From: a bacterium
GTDB lineage: Bacteria > Bdellovibrionota_C > UBA2361 > RFPC01
Length of the DNA: 64,000 nucleotides
NCBI GenBank assembly: GCA_030431715.1
Contig: JAUIIO010000004.1
Location: 977 to 64,976, forward strand
Direction of reading: 5' to 3'
The notes under the pieces were generated by a model, which was not told the DNA's origin, made no database searches, and saw only the letters and a list, made by a program, of their open reading frames with translations. Made by a program: the position numbers and the translations under genes. Every line of letters begins with the position of its first letter. The stretch's first letter is position 1. Shown one piece after another: positions 1-9,171 of this stretch.

Positions 1-2366
1 CGAATGACTAAAGGGTGTTCCGGGTAGCGGTCGGTGTAGAATGCTATCATGTTGTCAGTGCCTCTCAGGCCGTGGAAAGGGCTGTCACTTTCAATTGTCT
101 TGAGGGAAACCGTAGCATTTTCACCATCGTACGCAGCTATATAATGTAGCCGATTCCCGGCAAGTGCTGCCTCATCACGAAGCCCAGTTATCTCATCTGT
201 TGAGGAGGGCAGTAGAGCGTAAAATTCCTCGATACTGCCAGCTTCCATGCAGCTATCAGGAAGCATTGGGGAGAGCTGGATATCTTGAAGTTCCATAGGA
301 AAGCCCGAGGATCGGATAAGGATAAGGAGCTTACGGGCAACATCCAATCCACTCAGATCCTCTCGAGGGTCAGGCTCAGTATATCCGAGATCTTGTGCCT
401 CTCTGACGAGAGTTGAGAAATCTTTGCCTTCCATAAAGGCATTAAAAAGATAGCTGAGGGTGCCAGAGAGTGTGGCTTCAATTTTACGCACCCGATCTCC
501 AGTAACGAGAATTTCACGTAGCGTTGAGATTACCGGCAAAGCAGCGCCAACACTTGTTTCAAAACGGATTGGAACCTCGTTCTCTCTTGAGATTTTAAGA
601 AGTTCCTGAAAGGTTTTTTGTGAAGCGGTTTGCACTTTTTTGTTTGAGGTAATGATCGGTATTCTGTTTTTTAGAAGCTTCTTATAAAGTTCAGAGAGTT
701 CGTCAGATGCGGTGCAGTCAACGACAACGGTGTGTGAAAGGTGTGTTTCTAGGAGTGTTTCTAGTAGCACGTCAGGAGAGCTATAAGAGCTCCCGTTTTG
801 TTCGAGAATAAAAGGAGCCTGTCCCATATCAATCCCTTCAGGGGAAAGATAAAGGTTCCTGCTATTTGCAAGACCGATGAGTCGAATCTCAAGTCGGTGA
901 TTTTCACGAAGAAGCTCGTATTGTTCGGCGAGCTGAGTAAGAAGTGCTTTTCCTACCTGTCCCGGTCCTAGCAGGAAGAGGTGAACGCGTCTTAGATCCA
1001 TGAAGAACTTGCGGTGGATCGCGTTTAATGCAGCTTTTTCATCTTGTAGCGGAACAACGAATGAAATATTGCGTTCACTTGACCCTTGCGCAATGGCAAT
1101 GACATTAATTCTACTCGAAGCAAGGCTCTGAAACACTGCAGAGGCAACGCCTGGTGAGTGACGCATCTCCTGACCTACGACCGAAAGCGTTGCAATATCA
1201 CAATCAATTATCAGTGGATCGATCCGTCCCGTTTCGATTTCGAGTTGGAACTCTGACTCTACGGCTCTTTTTGCCCGGTCAATTTGTACCTCATCAATAG
1301 CAAAGCAGATAGAATGCTCAGAAGAAGCCTGAGAGATAAGTATGACGTTTATTTCTTCAGCACTGAGCGCGGCAAAGAGTCTGCGCGCAGAGCCAGTAAC
1401 GCCAACAAGCCCACTTCCCTGTAGAGTTACGAGAGCCGTATTTTGTAAAGAGGTAATGCCAGTTATGGTACGTCGCTTATGTGATATCTCAGGTAGAATT
1501 TTTGTACCCAGCATTTCGCTACGGAAGGTGTCTTTAATATGTATCGGGATGTTCTTCTCGCGAACAGGGCTAAGAGTGGGCGGATAGAGAACCTTTGCGC
1601 CAAAGTGACAGAGCTCCATCGCTTCCTCAAAGAGCATCTCTTCTATAACGAAAGCATCTTGTACTTTCGCCGGATCAGCAGTGAGCATGCCGGGAACATC
1701 AGTCCAGATCTCAAGAAGATCTGTTGAGAGTGCCGCTGCAACAAGAGCGGCAGTATAGTCAGAGCCACCTCTGCCGAGAGTGGTTGTTTCTCCGCCCGCC
1801 GTTGTGCCAATAAACCCGGGCAAAATCGCTACGCCGCTTGTACTAGCGAGGCTCTTTGAGATCTGTTCATAGGTACGAGCGCTATCAACAGAAGCGTTAC
1901 CAAACTTGTTGTCAGTGCTAATAAGCTCTCGGCTGTCTACAAAATGAGTTTCTATTCCGGATTCTTTGAGAATAAGGGTCATCAGCTGGGCAGAGAGCAG
2001 CTCTCCGCAGCTTATGATCCGGTCAGTAGTTTTTCCGGTCTCTTCCTTTAGTACCAGCAGAGCTGCGAGTTGATCTTCGATGTCGCTAAAGAGTGGATCT
2101 ATAAAATCACAGTCTTTTGATATTTGGAAATCTGTGGCGACTTGAGAGTGTCGCTGTTTAAGAGACTCTACCGCATCAGCAATGGTTGCCCGATCAATTT
2201 GGCCGCTGCATGTATCTCTAATAAGGCCGAGGAGAGAATCTGTTACGCCGCCAAAAGCAGAAAAGATAACCGCGCGAACATCAGTTCGACCTGAAAGAAC
2301 TGATATCACTTTATTAATTGAGGATGAATTGGCTACGGAAGAGCCGCCGAATTTGAGTACCTTCAT
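1..2366 (-). CDS. thrA: Bifunctional aspartate kinase/homoserine dehydrogenase (3' end runs off the window)
   Basis: Not in the ORF track. Read by hand from ATG at 2366: MKVLKFGGSSVA..., TTLGRGGSDYTAA, ACT domains (LISQASSEHSICF, IAQGSSERNISF), HSDH Rossmann motif LGPGQVGKALL, FETSVGAALPVI, SGTLSYLF. Confidence 0.96.
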   Translation of the reverse strand, partial: MKVLKFGGSSVANSSSINKVISVLSGRTDVRAVIFSAFGGVTDSLLGLIRDTCSGQIDRATIADAVESLKQRHSQVATDFQISKDCDFIDPLFSDIEDQLAALLVLKEETGKTTDRIISCGELLSAQLMTLILKESGIETHFVDSRELISTDNKFGNASVDSARTYEQISKSLASTSGVAILPGFIGTTAGGETTTLGRGGSDYTAALVAAALSTDLLEIWTDVPGMLTADPAKVQDAFVIEEMLFEEAMELCHFGAKVLYPPTLSPVREKNIPIHIKDTFRSEMLGTKILPEISHKRRTITGITSLQNTALVTLQGSGLVGVTGSARRLFAALSAEEINVILISQASSEHSICFAIDEVQIDRAKRAVESEFQLEIETGRIDPLIIDCDIATLSVVGQEMRHSPGVASAVFQSLASSRINVIAIAQGSSERNISFVVPLQDEKAALNAIHRKFFMDLRRVHLFLLGPGQVGKALLTQLAEQYELLRENHRLEIRLIGLANSRNLYLSPEGIDMGQAPFILEQNGSSYSSPDVLLETLLETHLSHTVVVDCTASDELSELYKKLLKNRIPIITSNKKVQTASQKTFQELLKISRENEVPIRFETSVGAALPVISTLREILVTGDRVRKIEATLSGTLSYLFNAFMEGKDFSTLVREAQDLGYTEPDPREDLSGLDVARKLLILIRSSGFPMELQDIQLSPMLPDSCMEAGSIEEFYALLPSSTDEITGLRDEAALAGNRLHYIAAYDGENATVSLKTIESDSPFHGLRGTDNMIAFYTDRYPEHPLVI

Positions 2367-2400
2367 ATATGCTAAGTAATCATAGTTATCTTTGGAAACA

Positions 2401-2516
2401 AAGAGGGGAAAAGGGGAGGTGCGGAATGTGTTGTGTTTGTTATGTGGGAGAGGTGCAGGTGCAGGATGAAGATTAGGAGGAGGATGAGGAGGATGAGGTC
2501 GGAAAGAGGGGTAAGG
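2401..2516. repeat. Low-complexity purine-rich tract with (GGA/GGAT)n microrepeats in the thrA leader
   Basis: Nearly C-free plus strand, e.g. aggaggaggatgaggaggatgagg and ggtgcaggtgcagg. Confidence 0.7.
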
Positions 2517-2635
2517 TGCTGATTATACAGGTATATTAAATTTAGGTCTCAGCACTTTCTTATGTATCCTCCTTTCTTTCGTGAAGCATAACAGAAGTGT
2601 AGCAGGATATTTGAGAAAGAAACGTTTTAATTACT

Positions 2636-3553
2636 ATGCCCGAGTTTAATAATAACAACAAAGCGATGCAGGCAGTTTATGCCGCTCTGCGACAACGGCA
2701 GGCGAATTTAAACGCTCAGAGTGGGCGTAAGAAAGGCTCTGCTGCGCTTGGGGTAGAGGAAGAAGAAGCTCCTGAGTTGCAGGAGGCTTCGATCGGTGTC
2801 CAGCCTCAGTCTGATGGGGAGAGAAAGGTAGAGACTCCGGAGCGAGATGGAGCTGAACAAGATCAGAATAACACGCCTTTGCAAGACTCCCTTGATAAGG
2901 AATTTCGTGAACAGCTCTTTACTGCATATGCGGCGCAAGAAGTTTCTGAAACGCGGCAGCAAGAGAGTGACGAATCGATCGCAGCTGCTAAAGCGTTTGT
3001 GTTTGATACAGCTGAAATCACGCAAAATTCTCCAGTAACTAAAAATCACACTGTTCACGTAGATGCTTTTACTTCTATTGCCCGGACAGGTCGTGAGGAG
3101 GCGCTTTGTTTTGTATACGAAGTAACCGGTGAAGCAGATATGATTCATCAAACCTACACCGGAGATCCGGATAATGAGGCGACCGCCAGTGTTCCGAACA
3201 ATCTTGGCCCGATTGAATTTGGAGTGCTCGGTAGAGAGTCGCGGGCGATCGGAGATTATGTCACAGAAGGGATGGTAGGAGTTGCGCAGATTGCCCAGAG
3301 CAGAATTGAAGAGAAGGTGATGGAGGCGGGACTGGATATGCCACTAGCAGAGTTCCCTGTGTCACTTGCTAGAATGCAGGGGGAAGTTGCAAGCGCTTCA
3401 GTGAGGAACCTCGTTCGTACTATTGGACGTGAAGCTCACAGACGAATTCTTGAGGTAGAGCTCATAGGTGGTGAAGAGACCAAGGAGCTTTTTAGAGCAA
3501 ATGAGCAATACGCTTCTAAGTTTCGATCAGGTTTAAAGGCAACGGCAGCATGA
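2636..3553 (+). CDS. Hypothetical protein with an acidic, disordered N-terminus
   Basis: 305-aa ORF; no recognisable motif. Confidence 0.75.
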   Translation: MPEFNNNNKAMQAVYAALRQRQANLNAQSGRKKGSAALGVEEEEAPELQEASIGVQPQSDGERKVETPERDGAEQDQNNTPLQDSLDKEFREQLFTAYAAQEVSETRQQESDESIAAAKAFVFDTAEITQNSPVTKNHTVHVDAFTSIARTGREEALCFVYEVTGEADMIHQTYTGDPDNEATASVPNNLGPIEFGVLGRESRAIGDYVTEGMVGVAQIAQSRIEEKVMEAGLDMPLAEFPVSLARMQGEVASASVRNLVRTIGREAHRRILEVELIGGEETKELFRANEQYASKFRSGLKATAA

Positions 3554-3574
3554 TAGGTTTTACAAGAGGAGTCA

Positions 3575-4036
3575 GTGATGGAAGTTACTGTTAAAAATAG
3601 GTTTAATGAAATCTTCGATATCGAGATTGATGGTTGGTGTTACGGGATTCATAACTATCCCGGAGAGAAGTTCCCCGGACTTATTCACGGTGTGGTACGA
3701 GAACTCAGACCAACATTCCTTGCCGCGATTGAACACCACTACGCTTTTAATATCCTTGAAGTAGGAAAGAAAATTTCAAAAGCCTCAAAGTATCTTGTAC
3801 ACGAGAAAGAGATTGTTTTTAGTATTCTCGCTCATTTTCCACGTCCACGTGATCTCGATGAAGAAGGGCAGTACGTTATGGCCGAAATCGTAGATCTCGT
3901 TGAGCAAAAGTGGGGCGGAGCGCTTGAGCGGCTTCAACGCCGCTGGGCAAAGATTACTCAGGAAGAAGAAGAGGCGCTCTATGCTCGAAGAGCATCGCTC
4001 GAAGCTGCCGAGGAAGAGGCTGAAGAAGCTGCCTGA
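3575..4036 (+). CDS. Hypothetical protein (globular helical core, acidic tail)
   Basis: 153-aa ORF with strong SD (gaggag) upstream. Confidence 0.8.
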   Translation: MMEVTVKNRFNEIFDIEIDGWCYGIHNYPGEKFPGLIHGVVRELRPTFLAAIEHHYAFNILEVGKKISKASKYLVHEKEIVFSILAHFPRPRDLDEEGQYVMAEIVDLVEQKWGGALERLQRRWAKITQEEEEALYARRASLEAAEEEAEEAA

Positions 4037-4134
4037 TAGCCTTCCCCACAATTCTTTCTGGCCTCTTTGACTAATACTTTACATTCTTGTTACCCTACTC
4101 CTTCTACGTGCGATTAAGTAGTAGTTGTAAGCAC

Positions 4135-4998
4135 ATGGGTATAGAACATAGCCGAAATCCGCAGCCGCCAGAGGGAGACCCCCCGAAAGATCCTACCGGG
4201 AGCCACGCCTGTAACCGTATCCAGCGCTATGACGTGAATCTTAATAGCGCCTTTACGCACGATCTTGATGTGCTCATAAGAGAGCCTGAGCTTGAGCAGG
4301 CTATTCAAAGAGAGCTGCAGAAGGCTTACAAGAAGGGCCGTGAACTCATCCCTGCAGTGGATGTAAAGAAATCGACTCTGAATCTCTTTAAGCGCGGAGC
4401 TCTTAACTATGCCGACAAGGTGCTCGAGTCTCATGATTATGATTATAGAAATATTACTCCTTGTATATACGGAGTAAGCGCATACTCTCTTAGAAGGTCT
4501 GGTGAGGTTGATCGGATCTACGCGGCAGCTCTTACTTTTTACGACGACTGTGGCATGGCGAGTTATGTTCAAACGCCATATGGCATTCATCCGGTACAAG
4601 GAGAGGGGCGTACGCTGGTTGAGCATATCGCTACTACCTATCCTAGTGGAAAAAAGGAAAATTGGTGGTACTACTCAACCTTCCTTGCTCCCAAGACATT
4701 TGAGCAAGAGGTGAAGAACTTGAAAGACTTCTGCAGCAATTTTACATGCGGCGATATGGAGAGTGAATCCTGTTTTCTTCACGATTATGCGCTTGAAGAG
4801 CTGCAAGATCTCTTCGATCAAGAGTGTCAGCGTGAAGGCGAGGAGCGTCTTGCGTTACCTGAGCTTGTTCAGGATATGCAGATGAGTAATCGTGATGAAG
4901 GCGTGTTCAGGCTTTCTATGTTTGACCGGTACTTTCTTTTTAAACCGAAGCTCAACAAAAATTACATGCTAAGTTTGAATCTGGTAGCAACTGCCTAA
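4135..4998 (+). CDS. Hypothetical protein
   Basis: ORF 4087..4998; likely start is ATG 4135 (MGIEHSRNPQPPEGDPP...). Confidence 0.7.
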   Translation: MGIEHSRNPQPPEGDPPKDPTGSHACNRIQRYDVNLNSAFTHDLDVLIREPELEQAIQRELQKAYKKGRELIPAVDVKKSTLNLFKRGALNYADKVLESHDYDYRNITPCIYGVSAYSLRRSGEVDRIYAAALTFYDDCGMASYVQTPYGIHPVQGEGRTLVEHIATTYPSGKKENWWYYSTFLAPKTFEQEVKNLKDFCSNFTCGDMESESCFLHDYALEELQDLFDQECQREGEERLALPELVQDMQMSNRDEGVFRLSMFDRYFLFKPKLNKNYMLSLNLVATA

Positions 4999-5007
4999 AG
5001 CGCCAGA

Positions 5008-7164
5008 TTACGCTATGCTCTGAAAGAATGTCTTGTCTGATTTTGCCCGCTGAATGATCCCTTCACACGGCTGAAAGCGATCCCCGTGCTGTTTATTGAG
5101 ATGATTGAGCGTAGAGAGGATGCTCTTAGCACCTAGAGAGTTCGCATAATAGAGAAGTCCTCCTCGAAAGGGAGGAAAACCCATTCCCATAACAGTACCG
5201 AGATCAACCTGATTGGCGGCCTGTTGTCCGGGCTCGCCAGCTACTCCCTCGTCGAGGCACAGTACGGCTTCGTTTATGAGACTCATAAGGAGTCTGTCTA
5301 AAACGACTTTCTCATCACCGAGGTCTCTATTTCTTTTAAGATCAAGAAGTTTAAATGCTTTTTCAGAGGGGACTTCTGTATCAGTTGAATAGTCATAAAA
5401 TCCACAACCAGATTTTTTACCAAACATCTCCGCATCCAAAAGCGTTTTCACCAGAGGGGGGCCTTTCATGCGCGCGCCATATCCTTCAAACATGACTTCA
5501 GAAACGTGGTAAGCGATATCAAGGCCGACTTCATCGAGAAGGCGAATAGGCCCCATCGGCATGCCAAATTTGAGCGCTGCGTTATCAATATCTAGAACCG
5601 AATATCCATCTACCAAGAGATAGGCGGCTTCATAGAGGTATGGTGTTAGGATACGATTGACGAGGAAGCCGGGAACGTCCTGCGCGACAATTGGAAACTT
5701 TCCAAGTTTTGTTGCGAGAGCACAGAGGACTGAAACCGTTTTGTCATCTGTCTTCTTACCAAGAATGACCTCAACGAGTGGCATCTTTGGTACTGGATTA
5801 AAGAAGTGCATTCCAGCGACACGCTCGGGATGTGGTATGCCTTCCGCAATCGCTGAAACCGAAAGAGAGGAGGTGTTTGTTGTGATGATCGCGTTGTCAG
5901 GCATCTTCGCCGCAAGGGATCCTAGGACTTCTTTTTTGACCTTGAGATCTTCAAAGATAGCTTCTATGGCAAAGTCCGCATTCGATACATTCGGAGATTC
6001 GCCGACGGTGGTTTCGATGCGGTTCAGTATAAAACTCTTATCTGACTCTGAGAGGTATCGAATCTTTCCTAGGAAGTTCGAGATCTGCTCCCGACCTCGA
6101 GCCAGTGCTTTCTCCGTGGTATCCTGCAGAATGACACGGTAATCCTTTCTTGCCATTATACCAGCTATCCCTGCGCCCATTACCCCGGCGCCAACGACTA
6201 CAGCGGTAAGATCTGTAACGAGGTCTTTTGCACTTTTGCCTATGCCTTTTGATTCTTCCGTGAGGAAGAAGAGCCGCACAAGAGCCTTGCATTCCGGCGT
6301 CACAAGAAGACGGCCAAGTTCTTTTGCCTCTCGCTCATATCCTCGCGCTTTTCCTTTCTCAAGGCCATAAAGGACGGTCTCAAGAGCTGCTGGTGGCGCT
6401 GGATAATTCCCTCGTGTTTGCTTACGCAGTTTTTTGGATGCTGATTTCTTTACGAAATTTCTTCCAAAAGAAGTCTTAGCAAGGATCTTATCAAGGAGAG
6501 AGATCCCTTTCGTGCTCGGTTTGATTTTCTTTAAGCAGATATTTTCAGCTGTGCTAATGAGCTTATCATAGGGGTTTATTTGGTTTACGAGCCCACAGGA
6601 GAGTGCTTGACGTGGCTTAAGGACTTTCCCGGCTAGAATGATATCAAGAGACTTACGGAGACCAACAAGACGAGGAAGGCGCTGTGTGCCTCCGAACCCC
6701 GGCAGGATTCCTATCTTTACCTCTGGAAGACCAATAACACTTCCCGGCTCTTCAGTGATAATGCGGTAGTTACATGCTAAAACCATCTCGCAGCCTCCCC
6801 CTACGCATGGACCGCTTATTGCTGCGACCGTGGTGCAGGGGAGCTCCTCAAGAAGTGAGTAAACCGACTGTCCTTCTTTGGCCAGCTCTTCCGCTACAAC
6901 AGGATCTGTTAGCCCCTGAATAGCATTAATATCTGCGCCTGCTGTGAACATGCTGGCTGAGGGGCCAGTGAGAATGAGTCCTTTTGAGCTTGCTGCCTTT
7001 ACCTTATTCAGGGCCTCTTTAAGAGACGCCATGCGTTCTGCAGTAAGGGTTACAACTCTCTCATCTTCCGAGCCGAGCCTTAGAAGGTGTACTCCACTGG
7101 GGAGCTCCTCGAGTTGAACTCTGGGCTGAGCTTTTGGCTTTGTTTTTTCTTGCTGTTCTTCCAT
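5008..7164 (-). CDS. fadJ: Fatty acid oxidation multifunctional enzyme (enoyl-CoA hydratase/3-hydroxyacyl-CoA dehydrogenase), FadJ-like
   Basis: FTAGADI, GGGCE, GLPEVKIGILPGFGGTQRLPRLVG, GAGVMGAGIA, GMHFFNPVPKMPLVEV, PGFLVNRIL, GFPPFRGG. Confidence 0.93.
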   Translation of the reverse strand: MEEQQEKTKPKAQPRVQLEELPSGVHLLRLGSEDERVVTLTAERMASLKEALNKVKAASSKGLILTGPSASMFTAGADINAIQGLTDPVVAEELAKEGQSVYSLLEELPCTTVAAISGPCVGGGCEMVLACNYRIITEEPGSVIGLPEVKIGILPGFGGTQRLPRLVGLRKSLDIILAGKVLKPRQALSCGLVNQINPYDKLISTAENICLKKIKPSTKGISLLDKILAKTSFGRNFVKKSASKKLRKQTRGNYPAPPAALETVLYGLEKGKARGYEREAKELGRLLVTPECKALVRLFFLTEESKGIGKSAKDLVTDLTAVVVGAGVMGAGIAGIMARKDYRVILQDTTEKALARGREQISNFLGKIRYLSESDKSFILNRIETTVGESPNVSNADFAIEAIFEDLKVKKEVLGSLAAKMPDNAIITTNTSSLSVSAIAEGIPHPERVAGMHFFNPVPKMPLVEVILGKKTDDKTVSVLCALATKLGKFPIVAQDVPGFLVNRILTPYLYEAAYLLVDGYSVLDIDNAALKFGMPMGPIRLLDEVGLDIAYHVSEVMFEGYGARMKGPPLVKTLLDAEMFGKKSGCGFYDYSTDTEVPSEKAFKLLDLKRNRDLGDEKVVLDRLLMSLINEAVLCLDEGVAGEPGQQAANQVDLGTVMGMGFPPFRGGLLYYANSLGAKSILSTLNHLNKQHGDRFQPCEGIIQRAKSDKTFFQSIA

Positions 7165-7420
7165 AATTTCTGATCAGGTCATACCATAATTTTACACTTT
7201 GCACAGAATGTAATTGATCTATAAGATACTCGAACGTTGAATACGATCTTATAAGAGCAAACTTCGGGTAGCTACATAACCTCCTGAAAAGAATATAGAA
7301 ACCTGCCTCCGCTAGAATGCGGTCACCGTTTGCGTCCTGATCGGGAATACGCTAATTTGATGTGTTGAATTTAGAGCTCAAGCCAAGTGAGGTTGAGTTG
7401 TAATAGTAGGAGAATATGAC

Positions 7421-8116
7421 GTGAACGATTTTGTTAATCAGGTCTCACAATTTTCAGATCCGGGAAAGATTATCACGGTATCGCAAGTATCAATATGCCT
7501 CGGAATGGCCTTTTTGTTGGCTGTTGTGGTTGCAAAAACGTACCAGATTACTTATCGGGGTGTTTCCTTTTCACCATCTTTCATGGTGACCCTTGTTATC
7601 TGTTCAATGGTAATTGGGGCAGTCATGCTTATCATTGGAAGTAATATTGCTCGGGCATTTAGTCTCGTTGGTGCTCTCTCAATTATCCGCTTTCGTAATG
7701 CGGTTAAAGACCCACGTGATGTAGCGTATATCTTCCTTGTAATGGGTATTGGTATGGCGTGTGGAACAGGCTTCTATGATGTGGGGATTTCGCTTACCGC
7801 GATTACCTGCGCTGCCTCGTTGCTTCTCTCCTTTGTTCGATTCGGAGAGCATGGCCTTACAGAGAGACTTCTTCGTATTCAAACTCCTGTGCTTCAGGAT
7901 TTTGAGCATATCTTTGATGATACCCTTAAGCTTCATGCAGAAAACTTTAGTCTCGTTTCGGCTGAGTCCACACGAATGGGCACCGAGATGGAGCTCACAT
8001 TCTCATTGCGTGTGCCAGAGAAGTTTAGCGTTCAGAAGCTTATCGATGACCTAGCGGCTCTTAACGAAAATCTTAAGATACAGGTTGTTGGCAGTAATCA
8101 CGTATTGGATCTCTAA
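7421..8116 (+). CDS. DUF4956-family membrane protein
   Basis: Signature IGSNIARAFSLVGALSIIRFRNAVKDPRD...GIGMACGTG; C-terminal ACT-like domain. Confidence 0.88.
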   Translation: MNDFVNQVSQFSDPGKIITVSQVSICLGMAFLLAVVVAKTYQITYRGVSFSPSFMVTLVICSMVIGAVMLIIGSNIARAFSLVGALSIIRFRNAVKDPRDVAYIFLVMGIGMACGTGFYDVGISLTAITCAASLLLSFVRFGEHGLTERLLRIQTPVLQDFEHIFDDTLKLHAENFSLVSAESTRMGTEMELTFSLRVPEKFSVQKLIDDLAALNENLKIQVVGSNHVLDL

Positions 8117-8119
8117 GCG

Positions 8120-8983
8120 ATGTCTCAAAGACGATTCCGGCATGAGTTAAAATATGTTGTGGACTTAAATGAGGCAGAGGCCTTTTTTGAGTCCATTATG
8201 CCCTATTGCGACTACGATCCGTATGCTGGAGCTACAAAGAGTTACGAAATAGCTAGTATCTATTATGATACCGCAGATCTTCGATTCTACTATGACAGAG
8301 AAGAATCTGTAGGCTATCGTAGAAAAATTCGCTTGCGATCGTATAACACGGACAGCAAAGCGACTGCGCTCTTTATCGAGATTAAGGAAAAACATAAGCA
8401 TTTCGTATCGAAGAAGCGTATTAATCTAAAAGATCAATCACTTCTCGAATGTGGTTTGCCGCATAATGAGATACCCCTTTCGCTTGTTGTTGCGCATATG
8501 GTTGATAGCGCAGAGGCTCGTGAGATTGATTATCTTGAGCGACGACTCAACCTTTATCCTGTTGTAAATATTCGGTATCACCGAAAGGCACTCATTCCAA
8601 AATTCGAACAGGATATGAGGATCACCCTTGATACAAGGATTACAGCAGGAGGGGCGTCGCTCCCTGCTTTTGATGCTGAGCATGAGCATGCCATTATTGC
8701 TCCTGATAAAGGCGTGCTTGAAATTAAGACCAATCGTTCTATACCTACGTGGTTGCAAGCAGCACTTATCCATTTTGGCATGGCTCAAACCAGATATTCC
8801 AAGTACTGTCTCGGAGTTGATAAGCTTTATGGAAAGGCTGGAAGAAACTGGTTCCCGCGAGCCACATCTGCTGGAACTGAGTCTGGCGCTTCTTCACAAG
8901 GCTCTGATACAGGTGAGCGCGGTGTTTCAGATGGCCGCAGTGAAATTTCGGAAGGGGGACCGGCGGCTCGTGCCGCAGGGTAG
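8120..8983 (+). CDS. VTC-domain (CYTH/polyphosphate polymerase-like) protein
   Basis: RHELKY, SIYYDT, RRKIRLRSY, FIEIK, RITLD, VLEIK, YSKYC; usual DUF4956 neighbour. Confidence 0.9.
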   Translation: MSQRRFRHELKYVVDLNEAEAFFESIMPYCDYDPYAGATKSYEIASIYYDTADLRFYYDREESVGYRRKIRLRSYNTDSKATALFIEIKEKHKHFVSKKRINLKDQSLLECGLPHNEIPLSLVVAHMVDSAEAREIDYLERRLNLYPVVNIRYHRKALIPKFEQDMRITLDTRITAGGASLPAFDAEHEHAIIAPDKGVLEIKTNRSIPTWLQAALIHFGMAQTRYSKYCLGVDKLYGKAGRNWFPRATSAGTESGASSQGSDTGERGVSDGRSEISEGGPAARAAG

Positions 8984-9171
8984 GGCGTTTTCTGCTATCT
9001 GAGCGTCGTCTTTTATTTTCGGCCTGTTACAACAAATTCCCCTACGCAAATCCCCTGTCCGCTGCACGGGAAACCCTTATTTTTCTAATAAGTCGAGGGA
9101 TTTAAGAACGCTAATCTCTTGTTCTGAGTTGGTCACGTCGAAGTACTCTTTAAGCCTTTTTTTTCGAAAAT

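Noticed and set aside
1342-2379. Short plus-strand ORFs in the track
   Set aside because: Antisense shadows of thrA. The same applies to most 60-170-aa ORFs nested in long genes across the window.
2367-2555. In-frame Pro/His-rich N-terminal extension of ThrA from an upstream GTG with an AAGGAGG SD
   Set aside because: An in-frame TAA (2524-2526) interrupts it, and ThrA begins canonically at MKVLKFGG.
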